Assembly (NCBI GenBank): GCA_015062655.1
Contig: SUUG01000004.1
Coordinates: 1,140-65,139 of the forward strand
DNA length: 64,000 bases
DNA from: Coriobacteriaceae bacterium
GTDB lineage: Bacteria > Actinomycetota > Coriobacteriia > Coriobacteriales > Coriobacteriaceae
Direction of reading: 5' to 3'
Shown here: positions 29,848-38,186 of the stretch, one piece after another
How positions within the stretch are numbered: position 1 is the stretch's first letter
Layout: each line of letters opens with the position of its first letter
The notes under the pieces: generated by a model
Told to the model about the DNA's origin: nothing
Database searches by the model: none
The model's input: only the letters and a program-made list of their open reading frames with translations
Made by a program: the position numbers and the translations under genes

Positions 29848-29867
29848 TTCCATGAAGGGTTTTGGAA
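29848..29867. promoter_or_regulatory. Dyad TTCCA-N10-TGGAA upstream of the PTS operon
   Basis: Perfect 5-bp inverted repeat in the AT-rich region upstream of the regulator. Confidence 0.35.
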
Positions 29868-29925
29868 GCGGGCAGGCGGGCGGCTGCACCATTGCGGCGC
29901 ACCCGGCCCGACCCAGCGGCCCCGC

Positions 29926-30849
29926 TCAGCCCCGGCGCTCCCGGGCGGCGAGAACGCGCTCGTAGACGGCGCGCCTCTTGAGGGAGTGGCGCTGGCTCAA
30001 GCGCTTGGCGATGGCGGACGCGGGCTCACCGGCGTCGAGCGCCTCCTCGATGTCCGCCGCGAGGGCGGCCTCGGGATCCCCGGCGGGGGCGGATGCCCGC
30101 GGCCGCGGTTCATCGGGAGCCGGCGGGGCCACGACGAGTGCGATCTCGCCTTTCACCTCGGGGCGGGCGGCGAGGATCCCGCTCAGCTCCGCGGCGGTCC
30201 CCCGCAGCACCTCCTCATGGAGCTTCGTCAGCTCGCGGCAGACCGCGACGGTGCGCGCGGGCAGCACCTCGGCGAGGGCGGCGAGCGAGGCCACGACCCG
30301 ATGCGGCGATTCGTAGAAGATGAGGGCCCCGGGAATCGGCGCGAGCTCAACGAGGCGGCGGACCCGCTCGCCGTGCCTGCGCGGCAGGAACCCCTCGAAG
30401 AAGAAGCGGTTGCAGGCGATGCCGCTCGCCACGAGCGCGGTCACGCACGCCGAGGGGCCGGGTAGGACCTCGACGGGGACGTCCGCCGCGCGGGCCGCGT
30501 CCACGAGGACCTGGCCGGGGTCCGATACGCCCGGCATTCCCGCGTCCGAGGCGAAGGCGATTCGCCCGCCCGCCCGCATGCGCTCGACGAGCTCGGGGGC
30601 GCGCTCGGCGATGGTGTTCTCATCGCAGCGCATGAGCGGGCGGGAGATCGCGAGGTGCGCGAGGAGCTTCGAGGTGACGCGCGTGTCCTCGCAGCAGACG
30701 AGGTCGGCCGCGCGAAACGCCTCGGCGGCGCGGGGGGTGAGGTCCCCCAGGTTGCCGATGGGGGTCCCCACCACGCTGAGCAGGCCGGTGCCTGCCGACG
30801 GCGCGGACGAGGCGGACGGGGCCGCCCCCGCGAGGGCTCGCGCTCCCAT
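29926..30849 (-). CDS. rsmI: 16S rRNA (C1402) 2'-O-methyltransferase
   Basis: VVGTPIGNLGD, CEDTRVT, SDAGMPGVSDPG, FFEGFLP, YESPHR, RELTKLHEE. Confidence 0.95.
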   Translation of the reverse strand: MGARALAGAAPSASSAPSAGTGLLSVVGTPIGNLGDLTPRAAEAFRAADLVCCEDTRVTSKLLAHLAISRPLMRCDENTIAERAPELVERMRAGGRIAFASDAGMPGVSDPGQVLVDAARAADVPVEVLPGPSACVTALVASGIACNRFFFEGFLPRRHGERVRRLVELAPIPGALIFYESPHRVVASLAALAEVLPARTVAVCRELTKLHEEVLRGTAAELSGILAARPEVKGEIALVVAPPAPDEPRPRASAPAGDPEAALAADIEEALDAGEPASAIAKRLSQRHSLKRRAVYERVLAARERRG

Positions 30850-30851
30850 GG

Positions 30852-31970
30852 CTACTCGATCATCGCGCGCTCGAGCGTTCCGAGCGCGACCCGGGCGTCC
30901 CACGCAGGGATGCGCCTCTCCGTCTTCCAGGTCTGGAAGTACCAGCCGCTCGTGTCATCGAAGGAGGCGAGCTGGTTCGCCACGAAGACCCGCTCGTAAG
31001 CGGCGCGGCCCTCGGGCGTGATCGAGGCGCTCGACAGCACGGCGGCGCCGGACCACTCCCCCACGATCACCGGGAACCCCGAGGCCTTGGCGGCCCGGAT
31101 GGCCGCGCGGGAACGGGAGATCGCGCTCGCGATTCCGCGCGGGGAGGTGATGTCCTGCGCGGTCTCGTCGCGATAATGGTAGAGATGGAGATCCATGAAG
31201 ACGTTCTTGTAACGCGCCCCGCGCATGAAGCCGCGCCAGCGATCGGCATGGCCCGAGGCCGAGAAGATCACGGCCTTGCTCTCGGGCATGTGGGAGCGCA
31301 CGAGCTCATAGGCGTCGCGGTAGAAGTTGCGCAAGTAGTGGATGGGAATGCCGTCCGTCACCGTGAGGAGGTTCTTCCGCACGCTCATCGTGGGCGAGTC
31401 GAGGAGCTCGATGCCGTACAGGGTGTCCGAGCTGCCGTAACGGGCGGCGAGGCGCTCGAGGACATCGAGCGCGACGTGGCGGCCGTTGGTGGAGGAGTGC
31501 CACTCCGCGATGTAATCGGAGGTGGTGACCGGCTCGTTGGCGTCCCCTTGTCCGCCAGGAACGGTGGCCAGATCGAGCAGGACGCTGACGCGGTGCTTGG
31601 CGCCCCATTCCATCGCGCGGTCGATGTAGTCGACCACGGAGATATGAGCCGCGTCCTCATCCTGGGTGCCGAAGGCGTACCAGGGAACCGGCAGACGGAC
31701 CGAGTTCAGGCCGATCGAGGCGATGCGGCGGAAATCGTCCTCGGAGATGAAGGTCTCATAGTGATGGCGCAGGCACTCGCAGTAGGCGGCGCTGCCCAGG
31801 GCCCGCTGCAGCTCAAGGTCATTCGATGCGCCGGTCGCCGCGAACAGCGACGGGGTGACCCAGGGCTCGGGGATGAACCAGCCCGCAAGGTTCACGCCGC
31901 GCACGCGCTCCACGGCTGCGGAGGGGCGTTTCTGGGATCGTGCGATCTTGACTGGCAGGCCCATGGGCAT
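30852..31970 (-). CDS. Glycoside hydrolase family 5 (exo-1,3-beta-glucanase-like), acid/base motif degenerate
   Basis: VRGVNLAGWFIPEPWVTPSLF, HYETFISEDDF, NSVRLPV, VGEWS; GIELLDSP where GIELLNEP is expected. Confidence 0.85.
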   Translation of the reverse strand: MPMGLPVKIARSQKRPSAAVERVRGVNLAGWFIPEPWVTPSLFAATGASNDLELQRALGSAAYCECLRHHYETFISEDDFRRIASIGLNSVRLPVPWYAFGTQDEDAAHISVVDYIDRAMEWGAKHRVSVLLDLATVPGGQGDANEPVTTSDYIAEWHSSTNGRHVALDVLERLAARYGSSDTLYGIELLDSPTMSVRKNLLTVTDGIPIHYLRNFYRDAYELVRSHMPESKAVIFSASGHADRWRGFMRGARYKNVFMDLHLYHYRDETAQDITSPRGIASAISRSRAAIRAAKASGFPVIVGEWSGAAVLSSASITPEGRAAYERVFVANQLASFDDTSGWYFQTWKTERRIPAWDARVALGTLERAMIE

Positions 31971-31992
31971 GGCGCATCCCCCTTTTCAATGC

Positions 31993-32022
31993 AAAAAAGC
32001 GCCCAGCGAACCCGCCGAGCGC
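31993..32022 (-). terminator. Intrinsic terminator after tRNA-Phe
   Basis: GCGCTCGGCG-GGTT-CGCTGGGCGC then TTTTTT on the minus strand. Confidence 0.8.
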
Positions 32023-32035
32023 CTCTCAGTGCAAA

Positions 32036-32111
<76 letters not shown>

Positions 32112-32232
32112 ATCATATCCGCCGTCGAACGGCAGCTCGTTAAATATACCAGACCGAACCGCGCGGTCAAGAAAAATCTCAGCGGGCGCGGATGCGGCTT
32201 TCCGGCGGAGCGGCGGCAGGGCGGCGCGGCGG

Positions 32233-32700
32233 TCAGCCGCCATCGCGCACGCCAAGAGACACGCGCTCGAGCACGAGTGCCGCGCCCGGACAGGCGAGAA
32301 GCCTTCAGGGCGGCACCTGGCTGTGACGCGCGAGGACCACCCCGTCGGCGCCGATGAAGGCGATGTCGATCGCACATCGCATGAAGCAGGTGTGGACCGA
32401 CGGGCACCTCGGAAGCGCGAGCACGTAGGGGACGCCGTCTGGAGCGCACGCTGAGACGGCGTGCATGCCGAGCAGGCGCTCCCAGAACCTCTCGGCGAGC
32501 ACAAGGCGCGAGCCTCCCCACCCCACAGCCTCCATCGCGGCGCTCGCACGGGCCGCAGCCCTGCCGCCGGTGTCCACGGGCGAACGGGCCGCAGCCCGAT
32601 CACCGGCGCCAGCACCCGCACGGACCGCAGCCCGGTCGCGGGGATCCGCGCTCGCACGGGTCGCAGTCCTGTCGCCATCGCGCACCCGCTCACCCCTCAC
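32233..32700 (-). pseudogene. DUF192-family gene with an in-frame TGA at 32305-32307
   Basis: LAERFWERLLGM...CPSVHTCFMRCAIDIAF...VPP*RLLACPGAALVLERVSLGVRDGG*; GTG 32700 overlaps the TadE stop. Confidence 0.7.
32546..32669 (+). repeat. Four 16-bp repeats at an exact 36-bp period
   Basis: GCACGGGCCGCAGCCC-like units start at 32546, 32582, 32618 and 32654, separated by dissimilar 20-bp segments. Confidence 0.8.
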
Positions 32701-33161
32701 ACGACCACCCCCGGCCGCCAGGGGTCGACCGTCACCGCACGAATATGGGAGAGCTGGGCGGGCGCGCCAAGGGACGCGCCCGCGATCTCGAGCCCTTGCG
32801 GCCACGGCGCGTACCTCATGGTGCAGGTGTAGGTCCTCAAGCTTCCCACCAGCGACAACAGGGGTCCGTCGTCCTGGCCGGAGCCGTCCTCCAACGCCAC
32901 CTCGACCTCGACCGGATAGGGGCCCATCGCCCGCCGCAGCTCGTCCTCCACCGAAGCGGCCGCAGCCGCTGCAGACGCGGCCTCCCCGCCCACCGGCGAC
33001 ACGCCGTGGGCTATGACGATATCGGGGGCCATACGATCGAACCGGGCCGTCGCCGCCAGGAACAGCATGAGGTTGTACACAATCAGCGCGACGACGATCA
33101 TCACCGGCGCAACGACTGCCATCTCGACCGTCGCCTGCGCGCGGTCCTCGAATCCGCTCAT
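32697..33161 (-). CDS. TadE/G-like minor pilin
   Basis: AQATVEMAVVAPV prepilin-like motif plus TM helix. Confidence 0.8.
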   Translation of the reverse strand: MSGFEDRAQATVEMAVVAPVMIVVALIVYNLMLFLAATARFDRMAPDIVIAHGVSPVGGEAASAAAAAASVEDELRRAMGPYPVEVEVALEDGSGQDDGPLLSLVGSLRTYTCTMRYAPWPQGLEIAGASLGAPAQLSHIRAVTVDPWRPGVVV

Positions 33162-35212
33162 CAGGTTCCTCCCATCACATCGCGCAACCGTATGGTCAAG
33201 GGGACGGACCCGCCGCCGGGCAACGGGATCTCGGCGATGACGACCTCCGCCCCCAGGATCCGCTCGCGGACCTCATAGCCCAGGGCGGCGAGGATCGCGC
33301 CGGGATCGGTCGTGCCCAGGGGGATCGACCGCAACCGCGCCTGCGCCTCAGCGACCCCATCGAGATCCGATGCGGCGATCACCCGGCTGCTGTCTGCGAG
33401 CACGGGCTTTCGGTAGCTAAGGTCAACGGGGTCGATGCCGATCGCCGTCATCGCGCTCCGGACGCGGTCGCCCAGCCACCGCGCAACCGGACCGGCCCCG
33501 ACCAGGTCCAGCCCCCTGAAGGCTTCCGCGGCGATCGAATCGAGCCCGTCGGAGAGATCCCCGTACGACACCAGGAGGCTGCCCCAGAGATCCATGACAT
33601 CGCCCAGCACCCCGATCACCGAGGAGCCCGTGCGTCCTTCGAGCGAGCTGAAGAAAGACCCGAGCGCGTTGTTCTCCTTGGTGGCCGGGTCGCGCGAGAG
33701 CACCGCCGCGGAGATCGCGCCGCGGCCGGGCAAGGTGGAGGGCGCGCTGAACGCGGTGTCCATCTGGTCAGGGGCGGGCAGCTCGCCGGATACCGCAACC
33801 GCCACGCAGCCTTCTCGACCCGGCGGGGCGATGCGGGGGCGCTTGCCGACAAGCGCCGCAAGCGCGTCCTCGAACGAGCCTCCTGCGGCCTGCGCCCGCC
33901 CCTGGGCCTTCCGTTCGAGCTCGAGCTCACGGTTGCGGGATGAGACGTAGTCCCGCAGCGCCTCGGTGAACTCCCTAAGGTGGTATTCGAACCCGTTGTC
34001 GATGCTGGTGGAGGCCGCAGGCGCCTTCCCGACATCGCCCACGTCAAACGAGCAGACAGCGCAGGCCCTGGCCTGACCCGCTTCGACGGCCGCCAAGGAG
34101 AGCGGGCGCCCGGCAGGTCCGAGCGCCCCGGGGCACGAGGCGTCGAAATGCAAGGTGAGCCCTCCGCCCTCCTCAGAACTAGGCCAGACCGCCTCGGTGT
34201 ACAGGCGGCTCCGACGAACCTCATCGGTGTTTCGCGGCAGCAGGGGCAGGTCGGCCTCTATGCGCCCGTCAATCTCGCGCACATGCGCCCGCTCCAGCTC
34301 CTCGCAGGCGAAGCGGTAGAAGGCGTGCCGCGCTGCGGCATCCGCGCGGGACTCGACATCCGAGCCCGTGGGCGCGTCGTGGTCGCGGCGCCATCGGTAG
34401 TATGCACGCGCGCGATCGAGCCCGACGGCGGGATCCCAGGTGATGCTCGACGCGTAATCGGGGTTCTGCGCCGCCGTGAGCCCCGAGAGCCTCGCAGCCC
34501 GCTCCTGCATGTTCATGCCCTCCCGCCCGCAGTCGGCGATCCATGCCCGCCGCTTGTCCGCCTCTGACTTCTCAGCGGCCCGGGAGAGCTCCCTCGCAGC
34601 CTCCTCGAGGTCAGCCGCCGCCTCTTCCAGGCCGTCCACAGGAATCTGCTCCCCCTCTAGGGCCGGAAAGTTGGAATCGGATTCCCACGGCACGGCCAGG
34701 GCCGTGCCGGAGAAGCGCGCCCGGTCGGTGCCCTGGGCGGCGCAGACGCGCGTGCCGTTGGCGGCGACCAGGTAAGGAAGGGCCTCCTCGAGGGACCCCA
34801 AACCCCTCGATGCGGAGGTGGCGAAATCGTTTCGGGTCTTGAGGATCCGAATCCCGGCGTCCACCGCCTCCCCCGCCGCGGCGCCCACGCCCGGCACGAG
34901 CATCCCCACCATGCCCACGCCCGTGACGGCGAGGCCTGTGAGTCCCAGGCTCAAGATGCTCGCATCGACGACCGTCGCCGCCGTATAGTAGGAGGACACC
35001 ACGTTCGCCCCGGCCAGAGCGGTGGAATCGGCAGCGACCTGCGCGTCTCCCGCACGGGAGAGCGTCCACACCGCGGTGGCCGCCGAGAACGCGAGTGCGA
35101 GCACCGCGAGCAGCGACACCGCCGCGGTCACCGTGGTGTAGGCCCCGTCCTCAACGAACAGGTCGACTCCCCACCGCGCCGCGGACGGACGCTCACGCCG
35201 GCTCCTTCTCAT
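33161..35212 (-). CDS. Large Tad-locus membrane protein (TadE/G-like N-terminus)
   Basis: EDGAYTTVTAAVSLL...AQVAADSTALAGA Tad-domain-like N-terminus; start uncertain (35212-35263). Confidence 0.72.
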   Translation of the reverse strand: MRRSRRERPSAARWGVDLFVEDGAYTTVTAAVSLLAVLALAFSAATAVWTLSRAGDAQVAADSTALAGANVVSSYYTAATVVDASILSLGLTGLAVTGVGMVGMLVPGVGAAAGEAVDAGIRILKTRNDFATSASRGLGSLEEALPYLVAANGTRVCAAQGTDRARFSGTALAVPWESDSNFPALEGEQIPVDGLEEAAADLEEAARELSRAAEKSEADKRRAWIADCGREGMNMQERAARLSGLTAAQNPDYASSITWDPAVGLDRARAYYRWRRDHDAPTGSDVESRADAAARHAFYRFACEELERAHVREIDGRIEADLPLLPRNTDEVRRSRLYTEAVWPSSEEGGGLTLHFDASCPGALGPAGRPLSLAAVEAGQARACAVCSFDVGDVGKAPAASTSIDNGFEYHLREFTEALRDYVSSRNRELELERKAQGRAQAAGGSFEDALAALVGKRPRIAPPGREGCVAVAVSGELPAPDQMDTAFSAPSTLPGRGAISAAVLSRDPATKENNALGSFFSSLEGRTGSSVIGVLGDVMDLWGSLLVSYGDLSDGLDSIAAEAFRGLDLVGAGPVARWLGDRVRSAMTAIGIDPVDLSYRKPVLADSSRVIAASDLDGVAEAQARLRSIPLGTTDPGAILAALGYEVRERILGAEVVIAEIPLPGGGSVPLTIRLRDVMGGT

Positions 35213-35714
35213 GTGCCGCATTGCTCCCCTCCAACCATCCAGGCCGCCCGTCATAGGCGACATCCACGCTGACCCTCACGTCACCTTGGGAGTTTCGCTC
35301 CCCAAACGCTCCTGCAAAGACGCCGATCACCGGCAAGGGAGACGCCGCCCCCGCGATCGCAACGCGCACAGGCCCATCGCCCGCCGCGCGCACGAGCTCG
35401 ATCTCCCAGGACAGGGGACCTCCGGCATGGAAGATCGCGAGGTCGGGGATCGCGGCGAGACGGCGCAGGGCGAACGCACGGTACGCCTCCTCCCCCTCTG
35501 CCTCGGCGGTGATCATGAGCCGAGCCGTCGAGGCGGCGGCCGCCTCCATCACCGAGCGCGTGTACAGCAAGCAGACGGGCTGCAGGCAGACGAGCAGCAA
35601 GATGAGGAACCCGGGCAGGAGGAGCGCCGCCTCGACCGTCGCCTGGGCACGCTCCTCCGCCCGCCCCGCGCTAGAAAAGAGCGATGTCGAGCGCCCCAAG
35701 CCCACCGAGCGCAT
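35193..35714 (-). CDS. TadE-like protein
   Basis: AQATVEAALLLPGFLILLL; start uncertain. Confidence 0.78.
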   Translation of the reverse strand: MRSVGLGRSTSLFSSAGRAEERAQATVEAALLLPGFLILLLVCLQPVCLLYTRSVMEAAAASTARLMITAEAEGEEAYRAFALRRLAAIPDLAIFHAGGPLSWEIELVRAAGDGPVRVAIAGAASPLPVIGVFAGAFGERNSQGDVRVSVDVAYDGRPGWLEGSNAAHEKEPA

Positions 35715-35895
35715 GAGACGCCGCGCGCTCGGCCGCGCTCGCCAAGACCCCGTTCGCCCCCGCGCGCCAGAGTGCCGCCAGGGCGAGGACGACGGCGAGG
35801 AACGCCAGAACGGTGAGCGCATATTCGAGCGTCCCCTGAGCGATAGATTCGCGAAGCCGACCCCAACGTCTCCCGGCGTCGTACGGCTCACGCAC
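35671..35895 (-). CDS. Small Flp-like pilin
   Basis: GTG after GGGGAGG; AQGTLEYALTVLAFLAVVLAL (G|xxEY motif). Confidence 0.75.
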   Translation of the reverse strand: MREPYDAGRRWGRLRESIAQGTLEYALTVLAFLAVVLALAALWRAGANGVLASAAERAASHALGGLGALDIALF

Positions 35896-35896
35896 C

Positions 35897-36388
35897 TCAC
35901 CTCCCCTGATCAACCGGCAGCAGACGCGTGACACGCACTGTCGCCGTACCGTCTTTCGCCTCGAAGGCGACCATGATGTCCACCGCACCCGTCTCATGGC
36001 GCACCAACGCTCCCCACACCCTTCCCGAAAGATCCAGATAACCGCTCGTGACCAGCGAGGACGTGCCCTCTTCCCTATAGGCCGAAAGAGCGCCCCGCGC
36101 CGCTGCGACCAACCCGCGCTCATCAGACCACGAGACGCAAGCCTGGGTCTCCCCGTTGCCAACGACGCCGGTCCGCCTCTCGAGGTCGTCAAGGAACTCG
36201 CCCGATGATGACGGCGATGCGGGAGCGGAGAGGACCTGCTCGACCGCGGGCGCGGGCGCGCCCTCCGAAGAGGCCGGGGAATCGCGCCCGCCGCCCGACC
36301 GGGGCGCCGCGGCAAGATACGCCGTGAGGGCCACCGCCGCGCAGAGCAGCAGAAGCGAAGCCGCTGAGGGAAACCTGCCGCTCCTCAC
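35897..36388 (-). CDS. Tad-locus hypothetical membrane-anchored protein
   Basis: N-terminal hydrophobic helix; GTG overlaps the Flp stop. Confidence 0.65.
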   Translation of the reverse strand: MRSGRFPSAASLLLLCAAVALTAYLAAAPRSGGGRDSPASSEGAPAPAVEQVLSAPASPSSSGEFLDDLERRTGVVGNGETQACVSWSDERGLVAAARGALSAYREEGTSSLVTSGYLDLSGRVWGALVRHETGAVDIMVAFEAKDGTATVRVTRLLPVDQGR

Positions 36389-36588
36389 AGGCTGTTGATC
36401 CCCGAGGAGATGGCATCCCACAGAGAGGAGATCTTGTCGCGGAAGGCGATGATCGCGATGATGGCTATCACCACCAGCACGCCCACCAGGATCGCGTACT
36501 CCGTGGTTCCCTGGGCCCGTTCCTCGCGGGTGAGAGCGGCGGCAGCTGCCGCGGACCTCGTGAGGCGGGCTGCGATGCGTTCAAACAT
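36385..36588 (-). CDS. flp: Flp/Fap type IVb pilin
   Basis: RAQG|TTEYAILVGVLVVIAIIAI; 67 aa; GGAGG RBS. Confidence 0.9.
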   Translation of the reverse strand: MFERIAARLTRSAAAAAALTREERAQGTTEYAILVGVLVVIAIIAIIAFRDKISSLWDAISSGINSL

Positions 36589-36597
36589 GGTGACCTC

Positions 36598-37245
36598 CTA
36601 GATCATGCCGCCCGCCGCGAGCAGCGGGCCCAGTATCGACAAGAGAAGAGCCGGCAGTATCAGCGTCCCCGTGGGGATGAGCAGCTTGACGGGAGCCCGC
36701 TCGATCTGGCGCTCCACGTCCGCGCGATGGGCGGCGCGGCACTCCCGGGCCTGGCCGCCCAAGGTGTCCGCGAGTGGGGCGCCGAGCGCGAGCGCCTGGC
36801 CCGTCGCCGTGGCGAACGGCTCGAGGGCGCGCACCCCCATCCGTCGGGCCGCCGCCATGAGCGCTTCCTCGCGCGAAGCAAGCCCCGTCTGCCAAAAGAT
36901 GCGGGCGCGCCCCATCTCCCTCGACAAGGGCCCCGCCCGCTCGGCGCAGTACATCTCCAGCGAGGCGTCGAACGAGAGCCCGGCGCTGAGTCCGAGGCGG
37001 ACCACATCGATCATCTCGGTCACCTCGCCGAGGCCCACAAGCCCGGCATCCCCATCCGGCATCCCAAGCAGGTGGGCCGTCGCCGTGCAAACCCCTCGCG
37101 CCCTCGATCCCACCTGGCCGAGCAGTCGTCTAAGCGCGCCGATCGCCTGCCCCGGCGGCACCGCACCGAGCTGCCAGGTGAGATGGGCCCAGGCCGTGAA
37201 GACGGCGAGGACGAAGAGCACGTCGATCACAGGTCCCCCTTCCAT
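36598..37245 (-). CDS. tadC: TadC-like (type II secretion F family) protein
   Basis: LSAGLSFDASL, GAPLADTL, IERAPVKLLIP. Confidence 0.82.
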   Translation of the reverse strand: MEGGPVIDVLFVLAVFTAWAHLTWQLGAVPPGQAIGALRRLLGQVGSRARGVCTATAHLLGMPDGDAGLVGLGEVTEMIDVVRLGLSAGLSFDASLEMYCAERAGPLSREMGRARIFWQTGLASREEALMAAARRMGVRALEPFATATGQALALGAPLADTLGGQARECRAAHRADVERQIERAPVKLLIPTGTLILPALLLSILGPLLAAGGMI

Positions 37246-38186
37246 CAGATCCTCACCTTCATGATCCGGCTGATCAGCATCCAGGCGATCGCGTTCAGAG
37301 CGAGCGCGACAGCGATCGACGCCGCGCCCGCGGGCCGCATGATCCCTGTGCGAAAATCCGCCGAGAGCAGGGAGAGGGCACCTATCAAAGCAACCGGCAT
37401 GCCCGCCACCATCCGCGCGGACATACGCGCCTGCGCCGTCTTCACGTCGAGCTGGCGCTTCAACTGCATGCGCAGGCCCACAAGATCCGAGGCCTGCACG
37501 AGCAGGTCCCCGAGCGGGGCTCCTGTGCGCCGCGAGACCTTGAGTGCCAGGGCGACCATATCGAGCCCCGGGGCCCGCAGCCGCTCCAGCAGGCTATCGA
37601 GCGCCTCGCTCGCAGGGACGCCGCAGTCTATGGAAAGCCCCACCCGCATGAACTCGGTCTTGACGGGCTCGCGGGCATGGGTCCCCACGAACCGCATCGC
37701 CTGCGCAAGCGAGCACCCCGATCCAAGCGCGATCGCGAGCGCCTTGAACGAGCCGGGCATCGCCTCCTCGAGCTCGCGGGCCCGCCGGTTCCCGACCGAA
37801 CGCGCACCAGCGGCGAGCACGATGGGCACAGCAGCGAGGCCAACCGCCGATCCCAGCGGGGCGCCGAAGAGCAGCGTGCCCGCAAGCGTCGAGGCGGTGA
37901 CGACGATGGCGAACAGGCCGAGCCGCGCGGATCCGTCGGGGGCGAGTCGCGTGACGGCGCCTCCCGGATCCCACGAGCGCAGCGCGTTCGTCACAGAGCC
38001 GGCGGCACCGAGGTCGGGGGCGATCCCGCACCGCTCCACGAGTACCGAACCCACGGCGGCCGAAGCGCAGGTGAGGGCCTCCCATGGGGTGCCGGGTGCC
38101 CGCATCAGGGCCGCGCCCTCGGGCAGAGCCGTTGCGACGCACAGTGCGACCAGCGTCCCTATGCATCCGGGCATGATCTCCTCCAT
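37245..38186 (-). CDS. tadB: TadB-like (type II secretion F family) protein
   Basis: LAIALGSGCSLAQAM, RRTGAPLGDL, KTAQARMSARMV. Confidence 0.82.
   Translation of the reverse strand: MEEIMPGCIGTLVALCVATALPEGAALMRAPGTPWEALTCASAAVGSVLVERCGIAPDLGAAGSVTNALRSWDPGGAVTRLAPDGSARLGLFAIVVTASTLAGTLLFGAPLGSAVGLAAVPIVLAAGARSVGNRRARELEEAMPGSFKALAIALGSGCSLAQAMRFVGTHAREPVKTEFMRVGLSIDCGVPASEALDSLLERLRAPGLDMVALALKVSRRTGAPLGDLLVQASDLVGLRMQLKRQLDVKTAQARMSARMVAGMPVALIGALSLLSADFRTGIMRPAGAASIAVALALNAIAWMLISRIMKVRI

Noticed and set aside
32305-32307. Selenocysteine recoding of the DUF192 TGA
   Set aside because: The position looks like a Trp rather than a Cys site, and no convincing SECIS hairpin follows.
32546-32669. 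CRISPR array
   Set aside because: Repeats (16 bp) and spacers (20 bp) are too short, there are only four units, and there is no leader or cas gene; kept only as a generic repeat.
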